Shown here piece by piece: positions 35,271-48,400 of a stretch of 64,000 nt of DNA. Each line of letters starts with the position of its first letter. Position 1 is the stretch's first letter. The DNA lies in assembly GCA_965203295.1 (NCBI GenBank), contig CBDBCZ010000017.1, positions 2,495,318 to 2,559,317 of the forward strand, in the 5' to 3' direction. The position numbers and the translations under genes were made by a program. The DNA comes from Nitrospirales bacterium. Its GTDB lineage: Bacteria; Nitrospirota; Nitrospiria; Nitrospirales; UBA8639. Under the pieces are notes generated by a model that saw nothing but the letters and a program-made list of their open reading frames with translations, made no database searches and had not been told where the DNA came from.

Positions 35271-35870
35271 CCGTATAGTCGAAAAATTAAAGAATTAAAT
35301 TTGGCGAAATCGCCAAAAATGGCTAAAATTAAATACTGGCGAAATTTAAATTTGGTGATTGTGTGCGGTGAAGACTATGATGTAATCTTCAATTAATTTG
35401 GCAATTTATATTGGCGTATTACGTAATCCTAGGCGCACAACGTGCAACGCTGCTGAACATGTAAAGTTTTTTGTCACTGAACTTGACAATGGAGATGTTG
35501 GGTTTGCCGATCTTACTATCCACAAGCTTTGAGAAGTGTGTAGCGGCCTTTGTCGCTCCGTTGTCAGTGGCATACTTTCCAATTTGTACCCTTTCTTGCG
35601 TGTAAATGTTTAATGTACTTGCCTCGAGGTGACCGTGTGATAGGCTTCAAGTCTCCAGATAGAGAGCGCCTTACAGCTTTGTTCGCGAGTTCGATATCCT
35701 TCCCAGACAGAGAGGAAACACGTACGTGGAGTGGTAACAACAACTTCTTTCTTGTGAATGCGCGTGTGGGTAATACGCATTATATAATGCGTGAGAATTT
35801 AATTTGGCGATTTTTAATGATTCGCCAAACCGCCAAATTAAAGTCCTCACCAAATTTTCCGACTATACGG
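35271..35870. mobile_element. pogo-like non-autonomous element, same family as 28124-28691
   Basis: TA flanks; TIRs ccgtatagtcg / cgactatacgg; repeated aatttggcg motifs; degenerate transposase N-terminal fragment on the minus strand. Confidence 0.9.
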
Positions 35871-37596
35871 TATGTGAGCTTTAATGTGACTCAAGCTTGT
35901 TCTTTATGGGACTGCATGGGTTGAATGGGGTTGACTCACTTTTTCAAAAGCGCTTCACAAGCAGAAAGCAAGAATATCTTGTGTATTGAAAACAGACTTG
36001 GCCAAATCTGGACCAAACTTGTACTAGACTACATTTTTGTTATTTTGGCAGGAAAAAGCTACCTCACTTTGGAAATTTGATAGATGTGAGTTAAACTGTA
36101 TGTGTACAACAGCTCATCCTATACTGTATCATGGAAGATATACTGTAGATCGGGATATTTTCATTGTTAATACATTTGTGTCGGTACCCTACGACGATGA
36201 AAATAAAAAAAAAACGCTAATTTTTATGAACACCGAACATGACCAATAACGCTACACTTCTGGTGTGTCGAAGCGATAAAAATGAAGTTTAACAGTTGAA
36301 ACTGCAGCGTTTACTGGTCAGATAGCTGCCTTGCTGTAGTACTAGAAGCTATGGAGTTACATAGCTAGCACTGGCAATCAACAACTGGAATAGAAAGAGA
36401 ACGTACGTTTCTGTTCATAACTTTGTAGGAAATTAATGATTGTGAATTGATATGAGATAATGTTAACTGGTACATGCATATGTACATGTACATGTAGCCT
36501 AGGTCAATGGAAGTGGACTTAGAGGGAGTGAATGGCAAAAACTAAAGTCTTGTCATCAACAATTTGTTTGGCACTATTATTCCTGATCAGAGCAGTGGAA
36601 AGGTTGGTTGGGCACAATCCATGCTATTTAACTACATAGCAGAAGCTATATTGTTGGGGTGAGCCAGTACGATAATAGTGAATAACAAATGGTATTCTTG
36701 GTTTTCACTGGTCGTTCTAATTGGTGAATTTTTTCCCCGCTGATGAGAGTGTTATTGTAGTCTCTGCCAAACGAATCAGGTTAGCTCATGACTACTGACT
36801 ACATGCAAATTCAGCCACGTTGCAGTGAGCTCACTAACTTGGCAGGCCATATAATCTTACAGGACCAAACCATTTGCAATGGCCCACGAAACTATTCAGT
36901 CATGCGAGTAAGCTTGCTATCGTTGATAGACAAAATTAAGCAGCAATATGTGCATGCGTGCTCAATGTTTGATAGCAGACAATTAGTAGCCATGGGTGCA
37001 TGGGTGGAATGGACATCACACAATTGCACCCCTGGCATAAACCCATTACGCATTGTTTTTGAGAGATACGTAATATACATGTACAATGTCAGCATTCTAA
37101 GACTCATTTAGGCATTTGCTCTTCCTGTCATCAAATTACTTTCCCCTACCCAGGTGAAAAGTGGAACAGTAATTGTCAGTTTACGCAAGATTAAGAAAGA
37201 CAGATGGCAGTTCCTTACCCACCGAGAAAAAAAAGCTAAAGGATGCCAAAGAGTATGTTGTGGTACATTATTACAGTGTGTGTGGGATTTATAGTGTGTG
37301 TGGGAATTAGAGCTGGCTCTACCTACAACTTTGACCTTTGGGAAGTTAGTTGCCCTTGAAAGTGTTCCTTGGCAGTTTCTGGGACACAACTTCCTACAGC
37401 CAATAATGTACGTTAGAGCCCTCATTTCCAGGCTCTAGCTATTCAAGTGGGCTGTGTACCTGTTGATACTAATGTGGTTTAACAACAACATAGAGAAGCA
37501 GATTTAGATCTGCTCTGGAGTATAAGTACCCAAGTACCAAGCTACAATCCACCTCCTGAATCGTAGCACCCAAGCAAATAAAAGTACCCAATGAAC

Positions 37597-37741
37597 CAGT
37601 GCAGCAATGTCTTCAGGGCCATAGATATACTGCAAACCAGTGATGACGGCACTAGGGTCTCGGTTGTGTAGGGATGTTATTACATTTTGACACATGATGC
37701 CAACTGACCCCTGTTGTGTGTGTGTGTGCAAACAGAGTTTT
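37597..37741 (-). pseudogene. Third, more diverged copy of the tectonic-like exon
   Basis: Similar to 290-451 and 40495-40656; reads CQNVITSLHNRDPSAVITGLQYIYGPEDIAAL. Confidence 0.75.
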
Positions 37742-37919
37742 CTGTGCATTTTTTCAGTGCAGATTGTGTGGTGTACTTATAATCACAGGATACTTTTCAA
37801 CGATGAAAAAAAAATACAGTATTACAACAGCATGCACAATGAAACTGTTTTTGTCTTGACAGTTACTTTTGCAATTTTCGACTTACTGTACTCTGTGGCC
37901 GATGTAGTGCTGTTCTTAT

Positions 37920-38006
37920 AGCCTCGTTCCCAGGCCCAGCTTTTTTTTCGCACGTAGTAAAATAAGTGTGCGAAAAAAAAGCTGGGCAGAGCCTGGGAAC
38001 GAGGCT
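37920..38006. mobile_element. Short palindromic MITE (agcctcgttcccagg family; partial relatives near 13828, 24151, 25275, 39131, 55426)
   Basis: TIRs agcctcgttcccaggc / gcctgggaacgaggct; almost entirely fold-back. Superfamily uncertain (PIF/Harbinger-like). Confidence 0.75.
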
Positions 38007-38851
38007 ACTGTTCTTACACATGGGTGGTCTCTCTTCGCACCGTGAAGTGCATACTCACAAGGCAGTTCTATGTCCCCACGGATGGCCCGCTCCAAATAGA
38101 AGTACCCATACTTGTGCTCCAAAGTTTACGTTATTAGCATCTCTTTGATAAACTTTTTTACCTCTGTATGTTAGACTGTGCTGAAGCATGCCAGGTACTT
38201 CATATTTCAGCTTTTGCTCTAGAACACATAAACTGATTATTCAGTCAGCTTGTATTTAGTCATTGCAGTAAAAAAAAAACAAGGGAATCAAAGAAGATGA
38301 CGTCGACCCTGGAGCAGGCCTGATGAACATGATGAAGCAGATGTATCAAGATGGTGATGTTGAACTGAAGAGAACCATTGCTAAGTCGTGGTATGAGTCC
38401 CAGCAGAATAGGATAGCAAAAGGCGAAGGTGAATTTTAAACTTGGAAGTTACTGCTTTAATCTGCAAGCTGCATGTTCTGATTCTACACCTTTTCTTGTG
38501 CAATGGAACATGAGCTGTTTAGTACAATAATTGCTGGATATGAACACATTGTATTATGCAACAGAATAAGTAGGACTTAATTGTACATCATTATATTATG
38601 CATGCCTTGCCATGAGCTGTTTATATAGTACACCAGTTCTCATAAAACTTGCAACAGCAAACTAGAAATGGTAAAACCACTGACTGCTAGGGTAAATGCT
38701 TTGATTCAAGAAGTGATCACCTTTCAGGAGAGGACTTCAAAGCCTAATTAATCACTCACCCACCCATTAGTGTAGTAGGCTTTACTTGCGAAGGTAGTGA
38801 AAACTGGCATAATCATAATATGCCTAAGTCATAATGCCTCACTCTATATAC

Positions 38852-39129
38852 TTAGACTATGGTATGCATAATCTACTTTGATTTTTTGACTTTAATGAGG
38901 TCTCTAAAATCCATTAGACCCCTCATCAAAAATTCATATTTCATATAGAGAAATTGAAAGCTGGAAACCATAGTCTAAGCTAGTTAGTGATCTCAGGCAG
39001 GTATCTTAGCTGTTTAGAGACCTTCAGGATGCTCCTATAATCACCTCGGGCAAAGCTCGAGGTGATTATAGGAGCATCCTGAAGGTCTCTAAACAGCTAA
39101 GATACCTGCCTGAGGTCACTAACCTATAC
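38852..39129. mobile_element. Non-autonomous Crypton-type element (278 bp) with a 141-bp near-perfect hairpin (38983-39123)
   Basis: Left end cttagactatggt inverted at 38967-38979; hairpin begins gttag and ends ctaacctata as in the autonomous Crypton; 6-bp direct repeat tatact at both ends (38847-38852, 39125-39130). Confidence 0.8.
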
Positions 39130-39768
39130 TCAACCTCATTTCCAGGCCATGTGTAAAATTTTGAGCACCTGAGAACAAGGCTACTATAACCACTTTCTCC
39201 AGACACGATGTTGTATTATTAATTAATTACACTGCGGAAGAGTGGTTTAAAAAAGTAGGAGTGACCCAAGTAAAAAGTGAATGCAAGGTTGCACATTTAA
39301 TCTTATAACAGACTAATGTGAGTAAATAATTGTAAGTCCTTCTTATGAAGGCAGTACATGTACCTACGTATAATAGTCACTGTGAATAAAGCTGTAGCTG
39401 TACTTGGTTCTCACAAAGGTGAGGAATACAACGAAGCCATCATGCAGTGTAATGTAGCTACTGTTGGCCAAGTCTTGTAGCCTTTATGTATACACAGTTA
39501 TTACACACACTGTCATATTAACAGTTTGGTTGAAAGGACCTATACATCCCGAGATGAAATAGACTCCAGAATATACTTGAGAGTGTATAGAAGATGCCAA
39601 GATAATACAGTGAACAAAGAATCAACTCCAAATACTTTTGATCTGTATATATGCAGTATAGGTAGTGAGATCACTCACTAACACATGGAGGCTGCAGTCC
39701 TCTATTCATAACACAATGAAAATGATGTGCAAAAGAATTTTAAAGCACTTTTGTTATAATAGAAGAGA

Positions 39769-42500
39769 CTATCTGTATTTGATATAAAGAAAGGGTATAG
39801 GAAGTCGTGTGGCAGCTGTCTCACTAGTTGACTGAAGTATCTGAGCTGGTCCCTCACTAACATCAGTGAAGGTGACAACTGTTTGCAGCCTCACAGGCAC
39901 CATAGCAGACCCAACAGAGCAGTAGGTACCTCGACACTGGAGATAGCAGACAGATATAAATGTATCGTGGTGCAAAATTCGTTCAGCAATCTATTTTTCT
40001 TACATGCTACAGAATATCTCAGGGAGACTAGCAACCTGGTAAGACAGCAGACAGTTAACGACTTGTGGTATACTTGCAAAGGTTGCTGGAAGCTTTCTGC
40101 ATATCAACGTATCCGTTTATCTTTACAAGGTAGTTCTGAAGCTAGTTTTAGTACATTCAGTTAGCATGCAAATACTATATAGCGTTATGGGTTGCTGTAG
40201 ACACATGGCCTAAGCAACTGGCATCAGCCTAGTTCAACAAATCAGAGGAAAAAGCAGTACATGTACATACGCTGGTGAAGAAAGGGTGAGTTGTTATTGA
40301 GAGTTTTTCATACTGTTGATTAGCTAAAGCCAAATGGAGCAACTTCTATAATAGAATACATATGTCCAACACAGAGTATTTTTATTTACACCCATCCGTC
40401 AACAGCAAATCAGTGTACATGTAATGAGTGCATTGAGTATGGAATGGATAGAGATGCCCTTTTAGTTTTCATGTACTTCGTAATGCAAACTTACCAGTGC
40501 AGCAATGTCTTCAGTGCCATAGGTAGTGATGACGGCACTAGGGTCATCAAAATCTCCGGTATAAGCGTACAGTACTTGGATGTGTAGGGATGTTATAACA
40601 TCTTGACACACGATGCCAACAGACCCCTGTTGTGTGTGTGTGCAAACAGAGTCTTCCTGTTAGTATGTCAGTTCCTTTATTAATGCTGGGGATAACTAGT
40701 CTACAATGATGAATGCATTACCAATACTGATCACAGTAAACTCATGCATACATGCAGTGTCACACAAGCACATAACTAATAAATAATGAAAGCACTGAAG
40801 TGTAAACCTCACCCAGCATTCTTAGACTATAAATGTCACGTACATTTTGGTTAAAGGCTAGTCCCGTATGCTACCACTAAAAGGGGTGGCTTTTATGATG
40901 TATATGATTGGTTCCGCCAAGCAAACGGTAATTGCTAGCACAATATTCAAAACTATGTCATTCAGAGGTCGAAGTACATAATGGCCGACAGCTCAGTTTG
41001 TGCAGCTTAGTTATATACACGAGCAGACGGAGATGCAGCGTTTGATGTACCAGTAGCCTGTTCAGAGGCAGACCACTGCGGGCATAGCCTAGTAACAGGC
41101 ATTAAATATGCTACAAGCAAACTCACAACCGCCAGAAGAATGTTGTTTTGCTACAAGCAAACCCACAAAAATGCTGTTCGAGAATAGAAGCACGTGTAGT
41201 CATGTAAAGAGCTAGAGCCCTACGTGCTACCCCGTGACCCATTAAGGGGTGTGGTTTGCCACATCAAAAGCCTACTTCTAGAGCTATTCATGTACATGTA
41301 AACTCAACAGATGATATTTTTCCTATTGATGTAGTGGTTCACTAAGTTAGCCTATACATTACTACTTTGAGAAGGATTTGTACCCAGGCTTCCTCTCCAC
41401 CTCTTTTGTACAGTGCCTAAAAGCTGGGAGAGGAGCCTGCATGGATGAGTTTATGATAAATGGATTGGTTGCCTTATAGTGTAATAAATTTTTACAGCAT
41501 TTAAATGTTGTGGGTTTGTAACTGGGTCAAGATAAGACTTTCTGGAGCCATAGTGATCACAAGGATAACAGTCTCATTTCCATGAATTAGCTATGACGAT
41601 ATTCTTAGCTGATTCAGTTTTACCAGCCAATGTACATTTAATAAGTATCCACGTTTGCAGTCCAGCTGTGAAAATCAAGGCTGTCAGGCAGCACATTGTA
41701 TGACAATCAACTTGACTGCATGGCCTAGCTGGGAACAATATAATCCTTGTCCATTGTTTAACATCCAGTATTATTCTTCCCTCTCTCCTCCACACAGCCT
41801 CACTAACCTGGTAGAAGTCTCTGTATGTCTCCATCTCGAGCTGTAATTAAGGCCGGCTCCCTGGTCCCCCATATGTTTCAAGCTGTGAGGAGAACTGCTC
41901 CACAGTGCCAACGAAATCTGGGTCATCAAACATCAGCCTGGAAGGGTCTGAAAAGAAAACAGCTTACAAAGTTGTAATTAAGAACAGTTGGCAACCCCCA
42001 AAAAAGAAAATGATACAAATGTATTTAAAGGACAACAGTGAAATCCCTCTTTTGTGGACACCTTGGGGACATGGTATAGTGTCCTGTATAGATAGGTGTC
42101 CACATTTCAGGGGTAAATTCTTATTAAGATGGGACATAGCAAAGTGTCCTCAATATAGAGGTGTCCATAATTCAGGGATGTCCTTTATGAGGGGATCCAC
42201 TTAATCTATAAGGGGAGACAGTGACTATAGTTTTTACTTGCGAGTTCTAAGGTTGATTCTGAAAACCGATTTTGAATTCTCTATTTGCTATAGCCTTGTA
42301 AATTTTTTGAGGGTGGGGGGCTTCATATATGAGAATTTAATGTCCTGTATCACTTACTGCGATCCTTCTGCACACAAAATGCTCCGGGATTTGGACATGA
42401 ACACGAGCGAAGAGAAGAGCGTAGGATGTCATCTGACTCGAGGCATACCTGGTCCCATGGGCTTTAGGGACAAACAGTGGAGCAGTACAGCAAATTCATA
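39769..42500 (-). pseudogene. Tectonic-like gene fragments (copy 2); exons 39769-39936, 40495-40656, 41808-41937, ~42357-42500
   Basis: Terminal exon CRGTYCSVGSAMVPVRLQTVVTFTDVSEGP...RLPIPFLY resembles the tectonic C-terminus (VTFVDVS...LPxDFFYPF). An in-frame stop near 41847 is absent from copy 1. Confidence 0.65.
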
Positions 42501-44038
42501 AGCAAATCTATTTGCCTGAAAACACATTATTATAGTAGTATCAGCTATTTGTAATATCATCATTTAAACTGGGAAAGGTATATATGATCTAAATATCATG
42601 TTAAGTAAACAATGAAATTGAGGGGGTCTACATATTTACAGCCCTGTAATTACAAACCCTCAGGGCCTGTGGGTTTTAGATCCCTATAAGACATTTATAC
42701 TAAATGGGTTCTCACAATAGCAACAATTAAGCTGGCTAACTGTGAGACGACTCTAATCTCGAGTTTTCCAGCCACCAACAACAGCTTCACTGTTGGAACC
42801 TAAATTCAGAAACTGAGTCACAGACTCATGATGACATCATGGAGACCTATCTCAGCTGCTTTTGAGTGCAGCACTACTAGCAGTGGCAAGTGGGCAATTG
42901 TGCTGCAAAATCGCTAAATTGTGCTAGAATTAGCGCTCTCAAATGTACGTAAGTCACCTGAAGATCCAAAGGAATTTTGTCCCGAAACTAGCTACCTGCA
43001 ATACAACTAGGGCCAGGCCGCACCCACATACACCATCCATCACAACCGATGACCCGCCCCTTCGCCATCATCCAGGCGATAAACAATTAATGTTCCGTAC
43101 CGATGCGCAACTTGTACTTGTCCGGTTACGCAACGCAACCCGACGCCGGTTGCGTAAAACCATATACACCTCCACGTGGTCGATCGAACTTGCAGACTAC
43201 TTGCAGGACCAGAGACGGTATGCAGTGGCTTGCACTGTGTGGGCAATTCGAAATCTGGAAACAAGACAAGGTGTAGTATGGAGTTGTCTTTGGCCAGATC
43301 TGCGAGCAAGTGAGTCCTTAGATTTAGGGATTGGTACGACTTATTTCTGCATGAACGTGCGCTCTCATCAGCTATCAATCCGTAATATTTCTTTGACTGC
43401 ACTATAATAAATCGTAGGTGGATGTAAAATAGTCTCGTTTCCAGACCCTCTGCGCGAACCCCACGGATTTCTCACGCGGATCCTTGGAGTGTTGAAAATT
43501 TCATCTGTACTTTAATAAGTATGATGTAATTTCCGTAAAAAAAAAATTGCCACCATGTGTTCATTTGTTTACGAGTCGGACAGTGCGTGGTTAGCCTGCA
43601 TACACCATATGTGATATCTGTGGACGGGGGGTTGTTCATGGTGATGCTGTGGTACTCCGTCCCTGCTTCCTGTGCAAAAGAGAGATTGCTAACTGCCGGA
43701 TTCTTTATGGTGACTCGCAGCCACCAAGCACTTCCTACCGGTGTACACGCAATATTGGGACCCCCCAAAATGGGGACCCCCGGTCCCCATATCACTAGAG
43801 ATATGGGGACCGGGGTCCCCGAAATCTGTAGCGATATGGGGACCGAGGGGCCGCAAAGCGCTGGTGGTATGGAGATCCTTTATTACAAATTTATGTATCA
43901 ATGTAAGCGTAGTGTACGTAAGAATTTTTTGTCACTTCTATATATGCAGTTGGCTAATTGAAGAGGTCATCCATTGTTTAGCTACATGATGGAAGAGTTT
44001 ATTCACTTTGCCTCTGTTAGAGATATTATGTCAATGAT

Positions 44039-44604
44039 TGTGAGAGACTACTGCTAATTGAACATAATTTCCTGCTTGTGGTGAAGCCACACCAGCATTG
44101 TGATAGGAACTTTATTGCATTCTTAGTGTTGGTAGGAGGTTGTGCTGGTAACTGACTTACCTCACATCCTATATTGCATGATGTATTACCTGGTGCTCCT
44201 CTGTATGTGCTTATTTGGTTGAGTTTTGTACAGGAAGTGTTTATGATTATTTCTTGGGATTGGTACTACCTCACAGTCACACTTATTCACCTAGGGTTTT
44301 CTTTCCCTGTACTATGTTTAATTTCCTTTTGATTTCCTGTACAGGATAGTATTATTGAGGATATTGTTTAATGCTTGTTTTCTGTAGATCATCTTCTTAG
44401 AATATTGCAACATATTTTATTACATTCTTATTGGTTTTATATCATCTTTATCCTTTGAGTATTTAAGGAGCACCGGGTGTTGCAGTAGATAGAACATCGA
44501 TTTGTCTGTATTAATACTTTGAAGAACCTCGGAGATCTGTTGTCCACACACCATAACGGTGCGCGCTAAAGTAGTCTGCGAGATTATACTTGTAGTCTAT
44601 CACA
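44039..44604. mobile_element. Probable solo LTR (566 bp), present only in copy 2
   Basis: TG...CA ends with a 13-bp imperfect inverted repeat (tgtgagagactac / gtagtctatcaca); 5-bp TSD atgat; empty site in copy 1 near 3748-3752. Confidence 0.8.
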
Positions 44605-45415
44605 ATGATTAGCTATTGTTCATGTTGTAGTTGCAACCATGCTCAAAGATGCTTTAGGCCCTTTCCTGTTTTCTTGTACATAGACTTCTGACTCCTCATT
44701 TTCCCTTGTCCTTGCCACCTGTTCTTGTGCCACCTGTCTATGGAACATTCTAGAACTCTCTTCTTTTCTATATATAGTGTCTCTTTTCGCCACTGTGTAG
44801 TAGTTGTTCAGTTGTTCAGTCTTCACGATTACTATTGGAATGTTACTGAGAAGTTGGTGTACCTATCTACTCTGCGCATCGTTAATCTACTGAAAGCATA
44901 CGTCCCTGGCTAGTTCAACTAGTCAGCGTTTGACCCGAGAATAAACTCTACAAAAACAGCCTCAGGTACGTGCTGTCGATACTTAAACCTTGCTCTGCGC
45001 TGGTTTACGCTTGTATATATGTACGTACGTATAGTGACTCATCTTGTGCTTGGATAAAGTGGGTACGTTGAGTCATACTCTATGTCGGGTTATGGCCGTT
45101 GCATAGTAAAAACATTGCATTTCCAGGTTTTGAAGGCAAATTAGATATTTAATAATTGCATACGCATGTAACGTTCCACCTGTTTGTGTACTAATGTTTG
45201 CTTGTTCGAGATGAACTCCTAATTCACAATTATTTAAACCTTACAGTTAAAACCTTATAGTGTACCTCTACTGCAGCAGTGCTGGCAATCGTATCTATTG
45301 CAGCAGTAACTGTGCAGCACTTCTTGTGTTGGTCAAGCCCTCAACTATTAGGTTATTAATATGAAGGGTATACATGTACCTATAGCGTGCTGGTCTTTTA
45401 CTCTTTGTTCTTTAG

Positions 45416-48400
45416 ACCTTGCCAAGCTAGACCAACAGTGGCTTGATAATGAGCTACAGTTCCCAGTCTACCTCTCTCACTTTCAATTCTCTTGGGGGAA
45501 GATGGACCAAGATGATGATTGCAGAAAGGTACACCAAAACCCTCTGTGTGTACTACTAAAGTTATAACTAAAGTGTAGTGAGCAGAATCAAGCCATAATT
45601 AAGATTTTATCTTTAATTGGAATACAATTGGTAAGTCAGCTAATTAGCCACTTGCATGCTAATATGTATAGCTATTCTAATAAATATGCTTTCATTCTAA
45701 GGCTTGGCAAAAGAAGGCTATATTTACCTTGTATCATGCTTTTGTAACGTTCTTCAGTGGGCGGATACTACGTGCATAAACATACCCCTTGCAGAAAGTT
45801 GACCCTGAAGAGGGGATTGTGTGCTAAATACGTGGCGGGCGCTTGATACGTATTCTACGTAACGTGTATAATGTACATGAGCTGACGTGTCGGAGGTGGT
45901 CTTAGAATTGTTCCCCCCTCCACCTCCGCTGTAGGCTGATGAAGAAGCAGGCAGTGTACTATGGCCCTAGACCCACAGTTGTTGGAGGCCCACTCACCTG
46001 AACATGTGACTCTGCTGTTCCTGTCTGTCATGTGAGCCTGTTGTTTCTCAGACCAATGAATCATACGTGCTAGCACTAGTGTTGATTTCTCACTATTTTG
46101 GGAGGTATATAGGTTTGTACCAGATCTCCATGCAGACCTTTTTTGCAACCATATGAACAAAACGGACATTATTCTGTCTCATTGATCGCATCACTGCATT
46201 TGAAATGTGATGTCTCTGAACTTCCGTATATACACCGAAGGTTATACGTGGTGCGTGGTTGCATAGATAGTTGCTGCATTTATTGAGCCCCACAAGTATG
46301 ACGCCTGTTTTCTATCACACACGGTCTATTTATTCACATAGATGTGGCATACAGTGGCTCGAAAAATTATGCTTATACAAACCTTCCTGTTGTTTTGCGG
46401 GCACGGCAGTGTGTTCCTCTCCCATGTAGAGCTAGGCCACAAAGTACAATATCGTGTGTTGTTTGACAAGGTGTATGTTAGTAAGACAGACAGCACATGG
46501 CACAATCAAGTTGCTCACGAATCACAAGGGATTTTGACGTTGCATATATAGCTGCTGCACTGTATTGTCAGCAGAAGTGTAAGAATATACATGTGCTATC
46601 GATTATGAGTACACTACGAATAGAAGGGATCTATGGTAGACAGTCATTTATTTCATTCTGGTGTGTTGTGGCTGCCTTACATACATGTCAATTGCCGACA
46701 TTTCATGTCTAAAAAACCAGCCGGGCACCTTTCCCGTACAGTACACACAACTCAGCTTAGGCCAAGCTACCTGCTGCTATAGAATGCGGTACAGCAAAAG
46801 TGCTAACTCAGCAGTTTCGTTGTACGCCTCCAGTTAGTAGCTATACGCCATGAAAACGGGATCTTTAAGGCTGCCTACCAAGTTTTCGCCATCTAGGCAA
46901 CACACAACTCATTTGCTGTAGCTTAGTCTGCAATCCTCCAAAAGTTGCTATACACTGCAGTTGCATAGTAACATATGACGTAATACCGTATAGCCGGAAA
47001 ATTTGGCGAGGACTTTAATTTGGCGGTTTGGCGGATCGTAAAAAATCGCCAAATTAAATTCTCGCCAAATTAAATTCTCACGCATTATGTAATACGTAAC
47101 ACCCACGCGCGCATTCAGCTACAAGACAAAAGTTGCTGTTCCTACTCCACGTACGCGTTTCCTCTCTCCGGGAAGGATATCGAACTCGCGGACAAAACTG
47201 TAAAGCGTTCTCTATCTGGAAACTTGAAGCCTGTCACACGGTCACCTCGAGGCAAGTATACACACTTATACGCATAAAAAGGACACAAATTGGAAAGTAT
47301 GCCGCTGACAACGAAGCGACAAAGGCCGCTACACACTTCTCGAAGCTTCTGGATAGTAAGATCGGCGGATCCAACGTCTCCATTGTCGAGCTCAGTGACA
47401 AAAAAACTTTCCCTGTTCAGCAGCGTTGCACTCTGTGCGCCAAAATTAATTCAAAATTACGTCATAGCCTTCGCCGTACGCAATCGCCAAATTTAAATTT
47501 CGCCAATATTTAATTTTAGCCGTTCTTGGCCATTTCGCCAAATTTAATTCTTGCCAAATTTTCCGGCTATACGGTATACGTGATAAGTGTGGACACGCAA
47601 ACAAACAAACACACAGACACGGAAAACGTAAAGCAATCTTAGGACCAGCCGTTCGCGCGCTGCGTGCGCTCCAGCTGGTAAAAATCAGACCACCAAGTAG
47701 CCTAAGAATACCTAGTCTCAGGTCAAGCTTTGTGATGTAGTATGACATCAGCAATACATGCACTTGTAGATATGGTACTCTGCACCTGAAGAAACTGATG
47801 CATGTTAATGTCATGATGAACCCTTTCAGTCAGCAACTGGGAGTTTCTTGGAAGTCACTGTTGATGCTATTCATCATTAGGCATAGACGTGCACTCGGAG
47901 GATACAGGGATTTGTCCTAGGGGGTCCTCAAAATTGCTCATCAATGGGGGTGATCCTTATTAACTGGAATAGCCCAATCTCGTATTTCATCTTTTTATTC
48001 TAATGTAGGAGATTGTCTGGACGTTTTGTTGATGAGATTTGCCAGGCCCCTCTTCTAGATGTACATCAGCTCTTCCATGCATTGAGTTCCTCTATACCAT
48101 TCAAAGGGCTGAAAACCAAAAAGGTAACTATACCTTTGTACTTGCCATGTAGTGTGTACACATTTTACAGCATGTTAGTGTAAGTCAATTGTCTTGACAG
48201 TGTGTGTGTAATTTAAATCGGTTAAGTGTTTATATATGGAACTACATGTAGCACTGCTTTACAATTAACTTAGTGCAAGTTACAACGTAATTAACTCATC
48301 GCAGAAAAAAACGGTAACCTATTTGGCAGAGAGTGGCCATGCAATTCACATTCATGTTTGTGTTCGCATTTGCGTTCATGTGCATGTTCATATTCACAAT

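Larger units (their letters stand above)
36503..38439 (+). pseudogene. CACYBP: Calcyclin-binding protein (CACYBP/SIP) remnant: CS-domain exon 36503-36602 and last (SGS-domain) exon 38269-38439
   Basis: SMEVDLEGVNGKN*SLVINNLFGTI (stop at 36543) and DPGAGLMNMMKQMYQDGDVELKRTIAKSWYESQQNRIAKGEGEF*, matching the CACYBP C-terminus. Confidence 0.88.
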
